Positions 63,077 through 64,000 of a DNA stretch of 64,000 nt are shown here, piece by piece. Within the stretch, counting starts at the first letter, position 1. Each line of letters starts with the position of its first letter. The stretch comes from Myxococcota bacterium (GTDB taxonomy: Bacteria > Myxococcota_A > UBA9160 > UBA4427). A program made the position numbers and the translations under genes. The notes under the pieces were generated by a model. That model was not told the origin of the DNA. It did not search any database and was given only the letters and a program-made list of their open reading frames with translations. The stretch spans positions 128,001 through 192,000 of the forward strand of contig JAYZFK010000062.1 of assembly GCA_036336835.1 (NCBI GenBank), in the 5' to 3' direction.

Positions 63077-63988
63077 ATGCAGCGACAAAGTCGTGTCCTC
63101 GCCGTCGTCAATCAGAAGGGTGGCGTCGGCAAGACCACGACAGCAGTCAATCTCGCGGCCTGCTTTGCCGCAAGCGAGCGGGCAACGCTCCTGATCGATA
63201 TCGATCCACAGGGCAATGCGTCTGAAGCGTACGGCGTACGCAATCCCACACGCCAGATCTATGACGCGCTGATCGGCGAGTGCGTCATGAAGGACGCTGT
63301 GCGCCCGACCGAGCTCGCGTGCCTGCACCTGGTGCCGTCCGGCCCGGATCTGGTGGGAGCCGAGATCGAGCTCGTCACGGCGACCGATCGGGAGCGTTGC
63401 CTGGAGCGCGCCCTGTCCGACGTGCGCGATCTCTACGAGCTGATCCTGATCGATTGCCCGCCATCGCTCGGCATCCTGACGCTCAATGCGCTGACCGCCG
63501 CGGACGGCGTGATCCTGCCCATGCAATGCGAGTACTACGCCCTCGAAGGCCTGGCACGACTGAGTGAGACGATGGAGCTCGTGCGCTCCGGACTGAACCC
63601 CTCCCTCGCACTGGAGGCGATCGTGCTCACCATGGTCGACCGGCGCAACAACCTGGCGCGTCAAGTCGAGCACGAGGTGCGCGCGCACTTTGGCGATCGT
63701 GTCATGCAGACCGAGATCCCGCGCAACATCCGCCTCTCGGAAGCACCGAGCCACGGCAAGCCGATCCTGCTGTACGACATCCACTCGAAGGGTGCGACCG
63801 CCTACCTTGCACTTGCCGACGAGATTCTCGCTCGCCAAGGACTGCCGGAGATTCGACTAACGCCACCGCCGCTGTCGGGCAGTGCCGTGGTGCCAGGTGT
63901 GGCGTCCGAGGCGTTAGAGCCATCACTCGGATCGGTTCGAGTGCCCGAGGGGTCCGTGAGTCCGGAGGAAGAGGGAGGCAGCGAATGA
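63077..63988 (+). CDS. parA: Chromosome partitioning ATPase ParA/Soj
   Basis: NQKGGVGKTTT, DIDPQGNA, DCPPSLG, QCEYYALEG, IPRNIRLSEAPSHG. Confidence 0.96.
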   Translation: MQRQSRVLAVVNQKGGVGKTTTAVNLAACFAASERATLLIDIDPQGNASEAYGVRNPTRQIYDALIGECVMKDAVRPTELACLHLVPSGPDLVGAEIELVTATDRERCLERALSDVRDLYELILIDCPPSLGILTLNALTAADGVILPMQCEYYALEGLARLSETMELVRSGLNPSLALEAIVLTMVDRRNNLARQVEHEVRAHFGDRVMQTEIPRNIRLSEAPSHGKPILLYDIHSKGATAYLALADEILARQGLPEIRLTPPPLSGSAVVPGVASEALEPSLGSVRVPEGSVSPEEEGGSE

Positions 63989-64000
63989 GCGCACGGCGCA
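63985..64000 (+). CDS. Probable start of parB (truncated by the window edge)
   Basis: ATGA overlap with the parA stop, GGAGG upstream; only MSARR is visible, so identity rests on synteny. Confidence 0.5.

Overview
High-GC bacterial chromosomal window of about 55 genes. It is probably from a Myxococcota-like (deltaproteobacterial-grade) organism; this is inferred from a myxobacterial-type PilZ protein, an ATP synthase c subunit with a signal peptide, and the hemL-atpZIBE linkage. The right third is the classic replication-origin neighbourhood: gyrA-gyrB-dnaN on the minus strand, then rpmH-rnpA-yidD-yidC-jag-parS-parS-rsmG-parA-(parB) on the plus strand. dnaA is missing from its usual slot, which holds a membrane glycosyltransferase-like gene; recF and mnmE/mnmG are also absent. 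The rest is housekeeping and catabolic genes (dinG, pal, thiI, sppA, nudC, rlmE, mfd, surA, uvrA, tmk, hemL, atp F0 genes, hydrolases, dehydrogenases, glycosyl- and sulfotransferases, multicopper oxidase plus SCO). The strongest novelty candidates are: (1) an unannotated, apparently sigma-54-driven, four-hairpin RNA of about 170 nt between tmk and atpE; (2) the dnaA-less origin locus, whose oriC-like spacer lacks canonical DnaA boxes; (3) a stand-alone rplC-rlmE operon with its own sigma-70 promoter; (4) a DUF6502 HTH-like gene with a palindromic operator heading a DUF5666 gene; (5) a thiolase lacking the catalytic Cys and fused to a DUF35-like OB fold. No rRNA, tRNA, CRISPR array, integrase or transposase was seen. 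All family assignments come from motif recognition by eye, not database searches.
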